Shown here piece by piece: positions 47,649 to 58,785 of a DNA stretch of 64,000 nucleotides. Each line of letters begins with the position of its first letter. Position 1 is the first letter of the stretch. The DNA is from Vulcanimicrobiota bacterium (GTDB lineage: Bacteria; Vulcanimicrobiota; Vulcanimicrobiia; Vulcanimicrobiales; Vulcanimicrobiaceae): the NCBI GenBank assembly GCA_963795855.1, contig CAWCIZ010000003.1, positions 256,001 through 320,000 of the forward strand, written 5' to 3'. The position numbers and the translations under genes are program-made. The notes under the pieces are model-generated. The model was not told the origin of the DNA, made no database searches, and was given only the letters and a program-made list of their open reading frames with translations.

Positions 47649-50260
47649 TACGCGAGCACAGCCTCTCGTATCGCGCGCACGGCGCTATCCGCGCCTTCGG
47701 CATTTTTCCCGCCGCCTTGCGCCTGCGCGGGCTGTCCGCCGCCGCGGCCTCCCACGAGCGGAGCGGCAAGTTTCACCAAGTTGCCTGCGTGTACGCCCGC
47801 CTTCACCATATCGTCGCTCGCACTGACGAGCAAACTGACGCTGCCGTCGTCGACGCCGGCGAGCGCGATGACGCCGCTGCGCAAGCGTTGACGAATCGCA
47901 CTGCTCAAGTGCCGCAGCGCTTCCGCGTTCGCTTCGTGCACGACGGCGCCGACGAACGTCTTCTCTCCCGCATGCTCGGCGCGTTCGACGTAGGTTTGCG
48001 CGTCGGACGCCGCCAGCCGCGCCTTGAGTTCGCCGACCGCGCTCTGCAAATCTTTGATCTCACGCTGCATTTTTGCGATGCGATCGCCGACTTCGTCGGG
48101 CGTCGAAGCCAGTGATGCAGCCAGATCCGCAACGAGTTCCTGCTGTCGCTGCGCGTACTCTTCGGCGGCGCGGGACACGCACGATTCGATGCGCCGTATT
48201 CCGCTGCCGACCGAAAATTCGCTGAGGATGACGAACATGCCGAGTTCACCGGTCGAATGCGCGTGCGTTCCGCCGCAGAACTCCACCGACCGGCCGGCTT
48301 TGACCACACGGACGCGGTCGCCGTATTTCTCGCCGAACATCATGATTGCACCGCTCGCGCGCGCTTCCTCGATGGCCAGCACGCGCGTTTCGAGCGGCGT
48401 GTCGTCCCGAATCATTTCATTGACCCGCCGCGCAACGTCGCGCTTTTGCTCGGGCGAGAGCGCGCCGCCGGGCGAACGAAAGTCGAAGCGCATGCGGTCG
48501 ATGCCGACCCACGAGCCGGCTTGCATCACGTCGTCGCCGAGAACGTCTTTGAGCGCGCGCTGCAGCAGGTGCGCGGAGGTGTGGTGGCGGCGAATTTCCC
48601 GCCGCCACTCCGCAGAAACTTGCGCGCGCACGCCCTCGCCGACGCGAAGCGTTCCGCGTGTAAGCACGCCGTGATGTACGACAGCTTCACCTTGGAACTG
48701 CGCGTCGCTCACCTCGAAATTTGCGCTGCCGTCGGCAAGCGCCAGCGTACCGCGATCGCCGATTTGGCCGCCTTTCTCCGCATAGAACGACGTGCGATCC
48801 AAAATGATTTGCGCTGCTTCGCCGCTCTGCAGTTCTTCGGCTAGTTCTCCGTTTTTGAGAATCGCTACGATGTTTGCGTGCGTATCGAGCCCTTCGTAGC
48901 CCAAAAATTCCGTTTTGACTGCCGGCAATTCCGCGAGCGTTACGACGGCTCGTTTGGAGGCTGCATCGCGGCGCGCGCGTTCCCGCTGCTCGTTCATCGC
49001 GCGCTCGAAGCCCGCATGGTCGATGGTAACGCCGCGTTCGCCCGCGATCTCACGGGTCAGCTCCACCGGGAAGCCGTAGGTGTCGTGAAGCGTGAAAACG
49101 TCCTCGCCTGAAAGCGCCCCGCCGATCGAGACGCGCTCGAGCAAGTCGTCGAGCATCGCCATGCCGCGTTCGAGCGTGCGATCGAAGGTTTGCTCCTCCG
49201 CGCGCAGCGCGTTTTGGATGCGCGCGGCATTTGCGCGTAATTCCGGATAACCGGATTCGAGCGACGCAATCACCGCCGGGACGAGTTCGGTCAAAAACCC
49301 ATTCGGATAACCGAGGAGTTTGCCGTTGCGGATCGCGCGCCGAATCAAGAAGCGCAGGACGTAGCCGCGGTCGGTGTTGCTGGGATAGACGCCGTCGTTG
49401 ATGAGGAACGTAAGCGCGCGGGCGTGATCGGCGATGATGTTGCGCCGCTCCGCCTGCGCTTTTGCGGTCAGCGAAGTCTGTCCAACGGAAGGCTGCGCTT
49501 CGATGATGTCGGTGAAGAGATCTGTCTCATACATCGACACCTTACCGTTCACGACGGCAAGCATACGTTCCAGGCCGGCGCCGGTATCGATCTGTTTGCG
49601 CGGCAGCTCTTCCATCTTTCCCGCAGCATCGCGATTGTATTGCTGGAAGACGACGTTCCAAATCTCCACCCAACGATTGCCTTTGTTCGGGCCGTCGTCA
49701 TCCGGACTAAGCGCGTTTTCCACACCGCTGTCGTAGAAAATCTCCGTGCACGGACCGCACGGCCCCGTCGGTCCCATCGTCCAAAAATTGTCTTCGTCGA
49801 AGCGGCTGATGCGCTCGGCGGGCAGGCCGATGTCCTCGCGCCAAAACTGCTCCGCTTCGTCGTCCGACGTGTGAACCGTCACGGCGAGCTTTGCCGGATC
49901 CACGCGCAACGTTTCCGTCACGAAATCCCAGGCGTACCGGATCGCTTCACGTTTGTAGTAGCCCCCGAAACTGAAATTCCCAAGCATCTCGAGGAACGTG
50001 CCATGACGTCCGGTGCGGCCGACGTTTTCGATATCGCTCTTCGCCCCCGCCACGCGCAGGCACCGCTGCACCGTTACGACGTTGGTTGCAGGCGGCGGCT
50101 CGTCGCCGAGAAAGGCGGGCACGAACTGCTCCATCCCTGCGATCGTGAAAAGAGTGGTCGACATCGCGTCGGGGATCAGGCTCGCGGACGGAACGTGCTT
50201 ATGGCTGCGCGACGTAAAAAACTCGACGAATGCCGAGCGGAGTTCTTGGCTTCTCATCAT
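47648..50260 (-). CDS. alaS: alanine--tRNA ligase
   Basis: H.TFLEMLGNFSFG.Y, GPCGPC.EI, DTGAGLER, HTSAHLL, EFCGGTH, GGRGGG. Confidence 0.99.
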   Translation of the reverse strand: MMRSQELRSAFVEFFTSRSHKHVPSASLIPDAMSTTLFTIAGMEQFVPAFLGDEPPPATNVVTVQRCLRVAGAKSDIENVGRTGRHGTFLEMLGNFSFGGYYKREAIRYAWDFVTETLRVDPAKLAVTVHTSDDEAEQFWREDIGLPAERISRFDEDNFWTMGPTGPCGPCTEIFYDSGVENALSPDDDGPNKGNRWVEIWNVVFQQYNRDAAGKMEELPRKQIDTGAGLERMLAVVNGKVSMYETDLFTDIIEAQPSVGQTSLTAKAQAERRNIIADHARALTFLINDGVYPSNTDRGYVLRFLIRRAIRNGKLLGYPNGFLTELVPAVIASLESGYPELRANAARIQNALRAEEQTFDRTLERGMAMLDDLLERVSIGGALSGEDVFTLHDTYGFPVELTREIAGERGVTIDHAGFERAMNEQRERARRDAASKRAVVTLAELPAVKTEFLGYEGLDTHANIVAILKNGELAEELQSGEAAQIILDRTSFYAEKGGQIGDRGTLALADGSANFEVSDAQFQGEAVVHHGVLTRGTLRVGEGVRAQVSAEWRREIRRHHTSAHLLQRALKDVLGDDVMQAGSWVGIDRMRFDFRSPGGALSPEQKRDVARRVNEMIRDDTPLETRVLAIEEARASGAIMMFGEKYGDRVRVVKAGRSVEFCGGTHAHSTGELGMFVILSEFSVGSGIRRIESCVSRAAEEYAQRQQELVADLAASLASTPDEVGDRIAKMQREIKDLQSAVGELKARLAASDAQTYVERAEHAGEKTFVGAVVHEANAEALRHLSSAIRQRLRSGVIALAGVDDGSVSLLVSASDDMVKAGVHAGNLVKLAAPLVGGRGGGQPAQAQGGGKNAEGADSAVRAIREAVLA

Positions 50261-50340
50261 GGAACGATGGGGTATTTGGCGGCGCAGCGACGGATGCCCG
50301 CTTGCTGTGGCCGCTCGAGAGCGGGAACAACCTCGATGTT

Positions 50341-50736
50341 ATGATTGGAGCAATCGTCTTCGCCGCCGCAGTTGCGACCGCGTCGCCCGCTACCGGAGTC
50401 GGACCGCCGACCAGTCCCAAGCAGGCACAGAGCCATGCGTCGCGCGAGTTCTCGGGCATGCCGAAACCGGGGATGGGCACTTCACCGCCGCTGCTGCAGA
50501 AGTCGGCGCCAGCGCTGAACACGCACGCAACCGCCGGTCCGCTGTTGCGCAAAGCCGCGCCCGGGGCAAGCCCGAACAACGCCGGCCGCAACGCGCTGCG
50601 CTCGTTTTCAAGCGCGGGCACGCAGGCGAACCCTACCGGGCCCGGCATGGGCAACCAAGGCGCGCGTTGGGGATGGTTTGGGTTATTCGGAGTTCTCGGT
50701 CTGGTCGGTCTCTGGCGCCGTTACAGCGGCAGCTGA
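50341..50736 (+). CDS. WGxxGxxG-CTERM surface protein
   Basis: Signal peptide, low-complexity body, C-terminal WGWFGLFGVLGLVGLWRR. Confidence 0.85.
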   Translation: MIGAIVFAAAVATASPATGVGPPTSPKQAQSHASREFSGMPKPGMGTSPPLLQKSAPALNTHATAGPLLRKAAPGASPNNAGRNALRSFSSAGTQANPTGPGMGNQGARWGWFGLFGVLGLVGLWRRYSGS

Positions 50737-50739
50737 CGT

Positions 50740-51530
50740 TTACTCCTGCAGCACGTGGCGCAGTTTTTCGAGCGCCTTCTGCTGCAGCCGGGAGACGTGC
50801 ATCTGCGAAACGTTCAGCCGTTTCGCGATTTCGGTTTGCGAGACGCTTTCGTAGAAGCGAAGATACAAAATCACGCGTTCGCGACCGGTCAGCACTTCGA
50901 ACGCGCGCTCGAGGTTCGCTTTGTCTTCGAGCAAGGCAAGGCCCGCATCGGTCGTCCCAATGTAATCGGCGAGCGTTTGCGCTTTCTTGTCGCCTTCGCC
51001 GGAGAGTTCGGTGTCGAGCGAAAGCAAGTTGTAAGCCTGTCCCAGTTCCTGCGCTTCCAGAATGTCTTCTTCGGTTGCGTTGAGATGCTCGGCCAGCTCG
51101 GCGACGGTCGGACTGCGTCCCATCTTGACCGAAAGCTTTCGATCGCGCGGTTGACCGCCAAATTCAGCTCCTGCAGCCTGCGCGGAACTTTGACCGCCCA
51201 GCCTTTGTCGCGAAAATAGCGCTTGATTTCACCGACGATCGTCGGTGTCGCGTACGTGGTGAACTCGACGCCGCGCTCGAGGTCGAAGCGATCGATGGCC
51301 TTGAGTAATCCGACCGTACCGACCTGAATGAGATCGTCGAGCGACTCGCCGCGGTTCGCGAATTTCACCGCCAGATAGCGCACCAAATTCAAATGCGCGA
51401 CCACCAGTTCGCTGCGAAGGCGTTCGTAGTCCGGATCGTGAGGGCCGCGCTGCTTGACTTCGGCAAAACGCGCGAAAGCTTCGCGGGTCTTGTGTCGGTC
51501 CCAGCGTTCCTCTTCCGTGTGTTGGTGCAC
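50740..51530 (-). CDS. SigB/SigF-family sigma factor; frameshift ~51130
   Basis: DDLIQVG..GL.KAIDRFD, TYATPTI.GEIKRYFRD; GRSPT..ELA, SQ.EIA..L.VSQMHVSRL. Confidence 0.93.
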
Positions 51531-51962
51531 TTAGCTCGTTACTTTTTTCGTCATAACCAGATTCGTGCCGCGCTCGGGATGCACGTCGTATTCGACGGAA
51601 TCCATCAGGGAACGAATCAAGAATACGCCGAGACCGCCAACGCGCGGTTCGTCGACGCGGCGCGACGAGATCGCCTCCGGACGCGTGCCGCGCCCGTAAT
51701 CGCGAACGCGAACGGTGAGCGAGTCGGGCTCGGTCTCACACATGATCTCGATTTGGTCGCTTCCGTGCGCGTGCTGTATGCAATTGGTACAGGCTTCGGC
51801 GACCGCCAGTTTCACGTCTTCGATGTCTTCGATCGAGAAGTTGAGCCGGTTCGCGACGGCCGCCACCGCGAGACGTGCGACCGCGACCCACTCCGCCTTG
51901 CTCGGAATGCGCAGCTCCACGATCCCAAGGGATCGATTGGTGTGGGCAAGCGGCTGATTCAC
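51531..51962 (-). CDS. rsbW: anti-sigma factor Ser kinase
   Basis: DVKLAVAEACTN, D.G, GGLGVFLI..LMD. Confidence 0.9.
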   Translation of the reverse strand: MNQPLAHTNRSLGIVELRIPSKAEWVAVARLAVAAVANRLNFSIEDIEDVKLAVAEACTNCIQHAHGSDQIEIMCETEPDSLTVRVRDYGRGTRPEAISSRRVDEPRVGGLGVFLIRSLMDSVEYDVHPERGTNLVMTKKVTS

Positions 51963-52303
51963 ACGAGCGCCTTCATCGCGGCGTCTTCGTCGTCGTAGAT
52001 TCCGAAGATTTTCACCAGCCCGGTGATGTCGAAGATTTTCTTGATTTGGGGGTTGGTGCAGACCAAGTTCACCGTGCCGCCATGCTCGCGCACGCGCTTC
52101 AGTCCGCCGATCAGCACGCCGAGCCCGGTCGAGTCGATGTAGCGAACCTTCTCGAGATTGATCACCAAGTTGTAGTGACCCTTATCGATGAGGTCGCCGA
52201 TGGCGTCCTTGACTTTGGGCGAGGTGTAGACGTCGATCTCTCCGTTGAGATCGACGACGTACGTATCACCCTCAGCCTCTCGAACGTTGACTTTAATATC
52301 CAC
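51959..52303 (-). CDS. rsbV: anti-anti-sigma factor (STAS)
   Basis: GEIDVYT, YIDSTGLG, FDITGL. Confidence 0.92.
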   Translation of the reverse strand: MDIKVNVREAEGDTYVVDLNGEIDVYTSPKVKDAIGDLIDKGHYNLVINLEKVRYIDSTGLGVLIGGLKRVREHGGTVNLVCTNPQIKKIFDITGLVKIFGIYDDEDAAMKALV

Positions 52304-52311
52304 TCTCTCTC

Positions 52312-52644
52312 CTACGAGTCCGAAGATTGCCGCGACAAGTCGTCGCGGATGTGTTCCGCGCTCGTCTGACCCTCGTCGACCGCGGCGTTTATGTTTGAAC
52401 GAGCGTTCTCCACGACGTTTTTCCCACGTTCGTACAGATCCGTGGCTCTCGACCGCAAATCTCCCGTGGCGTCCACCGCGTAGTTACTCGCCTCGCGTGC
52501 CTTACCGACGATCAGATCGCGTGCGGACTCCTGGGTCAAGAGGTAGGCCGCGATGCCTCCCGCCATGGCGCCGAGCACGAAGCCGGCGAAAAATCCGCCC
52601 CCGCCCTTGCCGCCGTCATCGGGCGTCCTGCCGCCCTCGTTCAT
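52312..52644 (-). CDS. YtxH-like general stress protein
   Basis: GFFAGFVLGAMAGG.AAYLL followed by a helical tail. Confidence 0.85.
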   Translation of the reverse strand: MNEGGRTPDDGGKGGGGFFAGFVLGAMAGGIAAYLLTQESARDLIVGKAREASNYAVDATGDLRSRATDLYERGKNVVENARSNINAAVDEGQTSAEHIRDDLSRQSSDS

Positions 52645-53045
52645 GGGTTTTCTCCCGTCCGTTTGCCGTCGCCGCGAACCAAGCGCCGCACCCCCGCCGT
52701 GATTCCTCCGAGGGTTGCCCCGACGTTCACAATCGCCGGCGCGAGCGCTTCCTGCGTCAGTTTTGCGCTGTGAGCCGCGGAGCCGGCTACCTGTTCCAAC
52801 GAGGCGACGACGCCGGAGAGGCGCGCGATCGTCTGATCGGCGGTGTCGGCGATGCCGCCCACGTGGGCAAGCGTTTCGCTGACGGGCTTGCCGAGCGCCG
52901 CTACCTGTTCGTCCACGCCGTCGAGCGTCTTGTCCAGGCGGCGAAGGGTGCGGGCCAAGGCGACCATAGCGATCGATACCGCTACGCCGACTAAAAAAAC
53001 GCCGACGCCAACGCCAACATCCAAAACGATAGCCCAATCAAACAA
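52641..53045 (-). CDS. DUF948/YoxC-like membrane protein
   Basis: N-terminal TM plus coiled coil; precedes the YtxH-like gene. Confidence 0.8.
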   Translation of the reverse strand: MFDWAIVLDVGVGVGVFLVGVAVSIAMVALARTLRRLDKTLDGVDEQVAALGKPVSETLAHVGGIADTADQTIARLSGVVASLEQVAGSAAHSAKLTQEALAPAIVNVGATLGGITAGVRRLVRGDGKRTGENP

Positions 53046-53108
53046 ACTTTGACCCTCCGTCTCGATGTACCCGGACGTGAACCAACTATTCCCCGATATG
53101 CTTCAAGT

Positions 53109-54273
53109 TTACGCTGGGGCGGGAGAGATCGACCGCAAGTCCGTGACCGCTTGTTCGAGTATGTCCGCGGCACGGTCCATCTCTGCCTGCGATGTGTCGC
53201 GTCCGAGCGAAAAGCGGATGACCCCGCGCATCCACCGCTCCTCCAAACCCAGGGCGGCGATGACGTGGCTAGGCTCGATAGCCCCGGAGGCGCACGCGCT
53301 GCCGGCGGAAACTGCGATGCCGTCCAGGTCGAGGCGCATCAGCAGCTGCTCCGAGGCGACGCCGAGAAAGCTCAGGTTCGAAACGTGCGGAGCGCGCAGC
53401 GCGTGCAGCCCGTTCACGCGGACGCCGGGGATGCGTTCGAGGAGACGTTGCTCGAAGCGGTCGCGCAACGTGCCGACCCGAGCGGCGGCCCCAGTGCGTT
53501 CGTCCGTCGCCAGTTGCAAAGCCGCGGCCAAGCCGACGATACCGGCAACGTTCTCCGTGCCGGCGCGCTTGCCGAATTCCTGGCTTCCACCGTGCAATAT
53601 TGGCACGATGGGCGTCCCATCGCGGACGTAGAGCACGCCGCTGCCCTTCGGGCCGTAGAACTTGTGCGCTGCAAGTGAGAGTAGATCGACGCCGAGCGAA
53701 GCTGACGTCAACCGGCAAATACGCCGCCGCTTGCACGGCATCCGTGTGAAAGAGGGCGCCGCGCCCGCGCGCGATGGCCGCGAGTTGCGCGATCGGCTGC
53801 ACCGAGCCGATTTCATTGTTCACGTACATGACGGAGGCCAGCACGGTGTCGGGCCGCAGCGCCGACGCAAAAGAGTCCGGCGAAATTCGGCCTTCGCTAT
53901 CGACGGCAAGCAGTGTGACCTCCCAGCCGTCGTCCCGCAGCGCTTCCAAACTGTGCAGGACGGCGTGATGCTCCACGGCGGTCGAAACGATGTGCCGGCC
54001 GCGATGACGAACCGCGCGCGCCGTGCCGGCGATCGCCAGATTGTCCGCTTCCGATCCGCCGCCGGTGAAAACGACCTCCTTGCTTTTTGCGCCCAAAACT
54101 CGCGCCACGCGTTCCCGCGCGTCGTCCAACCCCGCTCTAGCGGCGCGGCCTTCCGCGTGCACCGAACTGGCGTTGTAACCGGTCTGCGCGAAATACGGCA
54201 GCATCGCGTCGATCGCTTCCGGCCGCACCGGCGTAGTGGCCGCATAGTCGAGATAAATTCGTTCGGAAGTCAC
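53109..54273 (-). CDS. iscS: cysteine desulfurase (IscS/NifS-like); frameshift ~53700
   Basis: YLDYAATTP, HTDAVQ, AHKFYGPKG, GSACASG. Confidence 0.93.
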
Positions 54274-54350
54274 AGGCGATTCTCAGAGAGCATTTCTATA
54301 CTGGCGTTGTGCGAAGCTCCATTGCACACTCCGAGAAGTAGCAACGGGAA

Positions 54351-54389
54351 AGGCGGTCCGGCACCACAAAAGCCGGGCCGCCTCTTTTT
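54351..54389 (+). terminator. orphan rho-independent terminator on + strand
   Basis: AGGCGGTCCGGC-N9-GCCGGGCCGCCT-CTTTTT; G-U pair works on + only. Confidence 0.65.
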
Positions 54390-54394
54390 GTGCC

Positions 54395-54547
54395 GCGCGG
54401 CGAGATGCTCGGTTCTGAAGTCGCTCGCAAAATCACCTCCTGCGATTTTGCTGCTTCTCCGCTTTTTCGAAAGAACGAAGTTTGGAAATCGACGTCCTGT
54501 CGAGTTCGAAAAAGTCGCAGACTTCCGAACCGAGCATCTCACCGCGC
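54395..54547. repeat. ~150-nt element with long terminal inverted repeat and internal hairpins
   Basis: GCGCGGcGAGATGCTCGGTTCtGAAGTC ... GACTTCcGAACCGAGCATCTCaCCGCGC. Confidence 0.75.
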
Positions 54548-54563
54548 TGACGTACCGGGAAGT

Positions 54564-55835
54564 TCATTTTCGCTCGTCGCCGCGATCGCCCGGCGAATAG
54601 TACTTGCGATCGCGAAGGTTGTCCGGCAAGTTTTGCTGTTTGACGCTATAGTCGTCATGCGCGTAATGGTACTCGCGGCCGTAGCCGAGTTGCTTCATCA
54701 GGCCGGTGGGCGCGTTGCGAAGATGCAGCGGAACAGAGTCGTTGCGCGTGCCCTCGACGTCCGCCATCGCTGCGGAATACGCACGTCCGACGCTGTTGCT
54801 TTTCGGCGCCCGTGCTAAATACAGCGTGGCGTGCGCAAGCGGATAAAAGCCTTCCGGCATTCCGACGAAATGCACGGCCTGCTGCGCGGCAATAGCGACG
54901 GATATCCCGCGTGAATCCGCAAGTCCGACGTCTTCCGACGACAAAATGACGAGCCGGCGTGCGATGAAGAGCGGATCCTCTCCGGCGTCGATCATACGCG
55001 CAAGCCAATAGACTGCGGCGTCGGGGTCGCTCGCGCGAATGCTTTTGATGAACGCGCTGATGACGTCGTAATGCTGGTCGCCGCCTTTGTCGTACGATAT
55101 CGCCCGGCGCTGCATCGCATCTGCAACGACGGCAGGAGAAATGATGCTGCTGCCGTCAGCGTCATGCGGCGCTGCCGCCGCGGCAAACTCCAGCGTTCCC
55201 AGCGCGCTGCGCGCGTCGCCGTTCGACAGCGTCACCAGCGCGGCGCGCGCCTCCGGCTCGAGACGAATCGGGAGCTTACCCAAACCGCGATCTTCATCCG
55301 CGAGCGCGCGGTCGATCAGCACGCCGATGTCTTCATCGCTGAGCGCTTTCAAAACGAATACCCGCGACCGTGAAAGCAGCGCGGAGTTTACTTCGAAGGA
55401 CGGGTTCTCGGTCGTTGCGCCGATAAGCGTGACTACGCCGCTCTCGACGTAAGGAAGCACGGCATCTTGCTGCGCTTTGTTGAAGCGGTGAATCTCGTCG
55501 ATGAACAGCACCGTGCGTTTTCCGAGCGCGCGCCGATGCTGCGCCTCGGCCACGACCTTACGCAAATCCGCCACGCCGGCACTCACTGCGGAAAGCGATG
55601 CGAAATGCGCTCCAGTCATCCGCGCAATGATTTCCGCGAGCGTGGTCTTTCCGGTTCCCGGCGGTCCCCAGAGGATGAGCGACGGAATCGTGTCGGTTTC
55701 AATTGCGCGGCGCAGCGCGTGCCCGGGCCCCACGATGTGTTCCTGTCCGACGAACTCGTCCAGCGAGCGCGGCCGCATGCGGGCGGCGAGCGGTTCCGTT
55801 ACTGCGGACGATGACGAGAACAGCGAGGGTTCCAC
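54564..55835 (-). CDS. rarA: replication-associated recombination protein A
   Basis: [40 protein letters not shown]. Confidence 0.97.
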   Translation of the reverse strand: MEPSLFSSSSAVTEPLAARMRPRSLDEFVGQEHIVGPGHALRRAIETDTIPSLILWGPPGTGKTTLAEIIARMTGAHFASLSAVSAGVADLRKVVAEAQHRRALGKRTVLFIDEIHRFNKAQQDAVLPYVESGVVTLIGATTENPSFEVNSALLSRSRVFVLKALSDEDIGVLIDRALADEDRGLGKLPIRLEPEARAALVTLSNGDARSALGTLEFAAAAAPHDADGSSIISPAVVADAMQRRAISYDKGGDQHYDVISAFIKSIRASDPDAAVYWLARMIDAGEDPLFIARRLVILSSEDVGLADSRGISVAIAAQQAVHFVGMPEGFYPLAHATLYLARAPKSNSVGRAYSAAMADVEGTRNDSVPLHLRNAPTGLMKQLGYGREYHYAHDDYSVKQQNLPDNLRDRKYYSPGDRGDERK

Positions 55836-55839
55836 GCGA

Positions 55840-56478
55840 TTACGGTATCTTCGGTGCCTTGACGGTTATCGGTTTCGGAGTCGCAATCGAGGGCGTGATG
55901 CCGGGGAACGTTACCGTAACGTTGCTGTGCGCTTCACCCATGCCGGTTTGCGTGTTGTACGTTGCAGCGTCCGCGTCCAGCGTGCGATCCGCCTGGACGA
56001 CGTGCACTTTCCCCGATAAGTCGAGTTGGTGCGTCGCGTCGTTCAGATGCGCGCTCTGCGCTTGCACGTCCGTGTCGCCCTGCACGAAGTGCACGTTGCC
56101 CGTCGCATCGTACAGGTGCGCGTCATCGTTGAGATGCAGCATGTCCGCAGTGAGCGTCGCCGGTCCGCGCGACTGCGCTTGCGTCCCTTGCGCGCTTTTC
56201 AAGCCGAACGTGCCGCTTGCGTCGTGAACCGTGACGTTGCCAAAAAGCGAGGCATGGTGCTGTTTGTAATTTCCGGTCGCGCGATTCGCCTCAATCGTCG
56301 ATCCGTCGGCGCGCGTCATCGATACGTGATCCGGTGCGGAGAACGCACCGGTCGCGAGGTTCGCGCTGAGCCGGTCGGTCACGAGATTCCACTCGCCGAT
56401 TTTCGCCGCAGGTTTCGTTTGCGGCGCCGCTGCGAGCAGCGCGGCGAGAACCGCCGCCGCGGCGATTGGGCGGATCAT
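55840..56478 (-). CDS. LptA/OstA-like beta-jellyroll protein
   Basis: Signal peptide; repeated L.AD..., GNV.F.QG motifs. Confidence 0.8.
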   Translation of the reverse strand: MIRPIAAAAVLAALLAAAPQTKPAAKIGEWNLVTDRLSANLATGAFSAPDHVSMTRADGSTIEANRATGNYKQHHASLFGNVTVHDASGTFGLKSAQGTQAQSRGPATLTADMLHLNDDAHLYDATGNVHFVQGDTDVQAQSAHLNDATHQLDLSGKVHVVQADRTLDADAATYNTQTGMGEAHSNVTVTFPGITPSIATPKPITVKAPKIP

Positions 56479-56969
56479 TGCTGCAATTGCACGTGCCCGT
56501 ACAATTGCAAACCGTGCGTCGCTCCGTTCATCACCGCGCGATCGGCGTGGACGTCGCTTCCACCCTGCATGAAATGCACGCCGCCCGTTGCCACGTAAGT
56601 CTTCGTCATACCGTCGATCGTGAGGTTCTCACACGTCAGCGTCGCCGGAGCGTGCGACCCCGACTGTCCGGCGAAATTGGTGAGGACGCCGTTCGTATCG
56701 TGCAGCACCACGTTCCCCGTGAGCGTTGCTTTCTTCTGTTTGAAGTTTCCGACGGCCCGATCCGCTTGAATGGTGCTTCCGGGACGCGTGAGCGTGATCG
56801 GCAAGGGTGCAGTAAAATCGCCCGTGTCCCAGTTGCCGATGTCGAGCTGCCCTGTGGAAACGTGCCAGTCCGACAATCCGAAGCCGACGGCGCGTCCCTG
56901 CGGCGCCGGTTTCGGCGCGGCGGCCGCAAGCGTAACGGCGAGCAGCAGAGCAACGATGCGTATTTTCAT
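56475..56969 (-). CDS. LptA/OstA-like beta-jellyroll protein (paralog)
   Basis: ATLTGNVVL, ATGGVHFMQG, ADRA..N, LYGHV. Confidence 0.8.
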   Translation of the reverse strand: MKIRIVALLLAVTLAAAAPKPAPQGRAVGFGLSDWHVSTGQLDIGNWDTGDFTAPLPITLTRPGSTIQADRAVGNFKQKKATLTGNVVLHDTNGVLTNFAGQSGSHAPATLTCENLTIDGMTKTYVATGGVHFMQGGSDVHADRAVMNGATHGLQLYGHVQLQQ

Positions 56970-57628
56970 GACGGCGTCCTTCGAATCACGGCGTGACGTG
57001 TGACCGGCCCCAGCAGTTCGGTTAGCCGCTCCAGCGAGACAACCCCTTCGCGCAGCATCGCCGGCTGCGGACCGGTCATGTCGATGATGGTCGACTCGCG
57101 CCGAAAGCGGGTCGGGCCATTTTCGACCAGCAGATCGGCGGGCGGCAACGCGTTCCAATCTCCATCGCCGAAATACGCGCGTTCGCCGCTGAGGTTGGCG
57201 CTGGTCGCTGCGAGCGGCCCGCACCGTTCCAGAATAGCACTACAGAGCGGATCGTCGGGAACCCGGAAGCCTAGCGTGGGAAGTCCCGCCGTCACGTCCT
57301 GATCGATGAACGCAGGTTTGGGGATGATTATCGTCACCGGACCGGGCAAAAGACGCCGGCTGGCCGCGCCGACGTCGCGATAGTCGTGCGCATATTCCAG
57401 AAATTCCGCGGCGCTCGCCAAGTGCAGCGTGAGCGGTTTGTTCGCCGGACGTTCCTTCGCGCCGTAAATTCGGGCGATCGACGCAGCGTTATATGGATCG
57501 CAGCCGATTCCGTACACGGTATCGGTTGGAAAGATGACCGTACCGCCGTGCAGCACCACGCCGGCCACTTCCTCAACGACGCGGCCGTGCGACTCCTTGC
57601 GCGCATCGATGACATTCGCAACTTTCAC
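56966..57628 (-). CDS. tsaC: L-threonylcarbamoyladenylate synthase (Sua5/YrdC)
   Basis: PTDTVYG, K.RP..KPL, PGP.T, TSANLSG, STIID. Confidence 0.94.
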   Translation of the reverse strand: MKVANVIDARKESHGRVVEEVAGVVLHGGTVIFPTDTVYGIGCDPYNAASIARIYGAKERPANKPLTLHLASAAEFLEYAHDYRDVGAASRRLLPGPVTIIIPKPAFIDQDVTAGLPTLGFRVPDDPLCSAILERCGPLAATSANLSGERAYFGDGDWNALPPADLLVENGPTRFRRESTIIDMTGPQPAMLREGVVSLERLTELLGPVTRHAVIRRTPS

Positions 57629-57673
57629 TCTTCGGGTTCATACCCCGCGAATGCGTGCGAGCCTCTCGGCGCG

Positions 57674-58663
<990 letters not shown>

Positions 58664-58785
58664 CTACTTGAAGGCGCTCCGCCCTAGGCTGCGCGCCCCC
58701 CACTTTCGGGGGGCCGCCAAAAACTCATGGCGCCTCAATGTTTGAGCTTTGCAAACCTCCCCGAGGGCGCGGCAAACACTGTGCT

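Noticed and set aside
53109..54273. Pseudogene or programmed-frameshift interpretation of iscS, sigB and UbiD
   Set aside because: No slippery sites or further decay; the same error pattern affects essential genes
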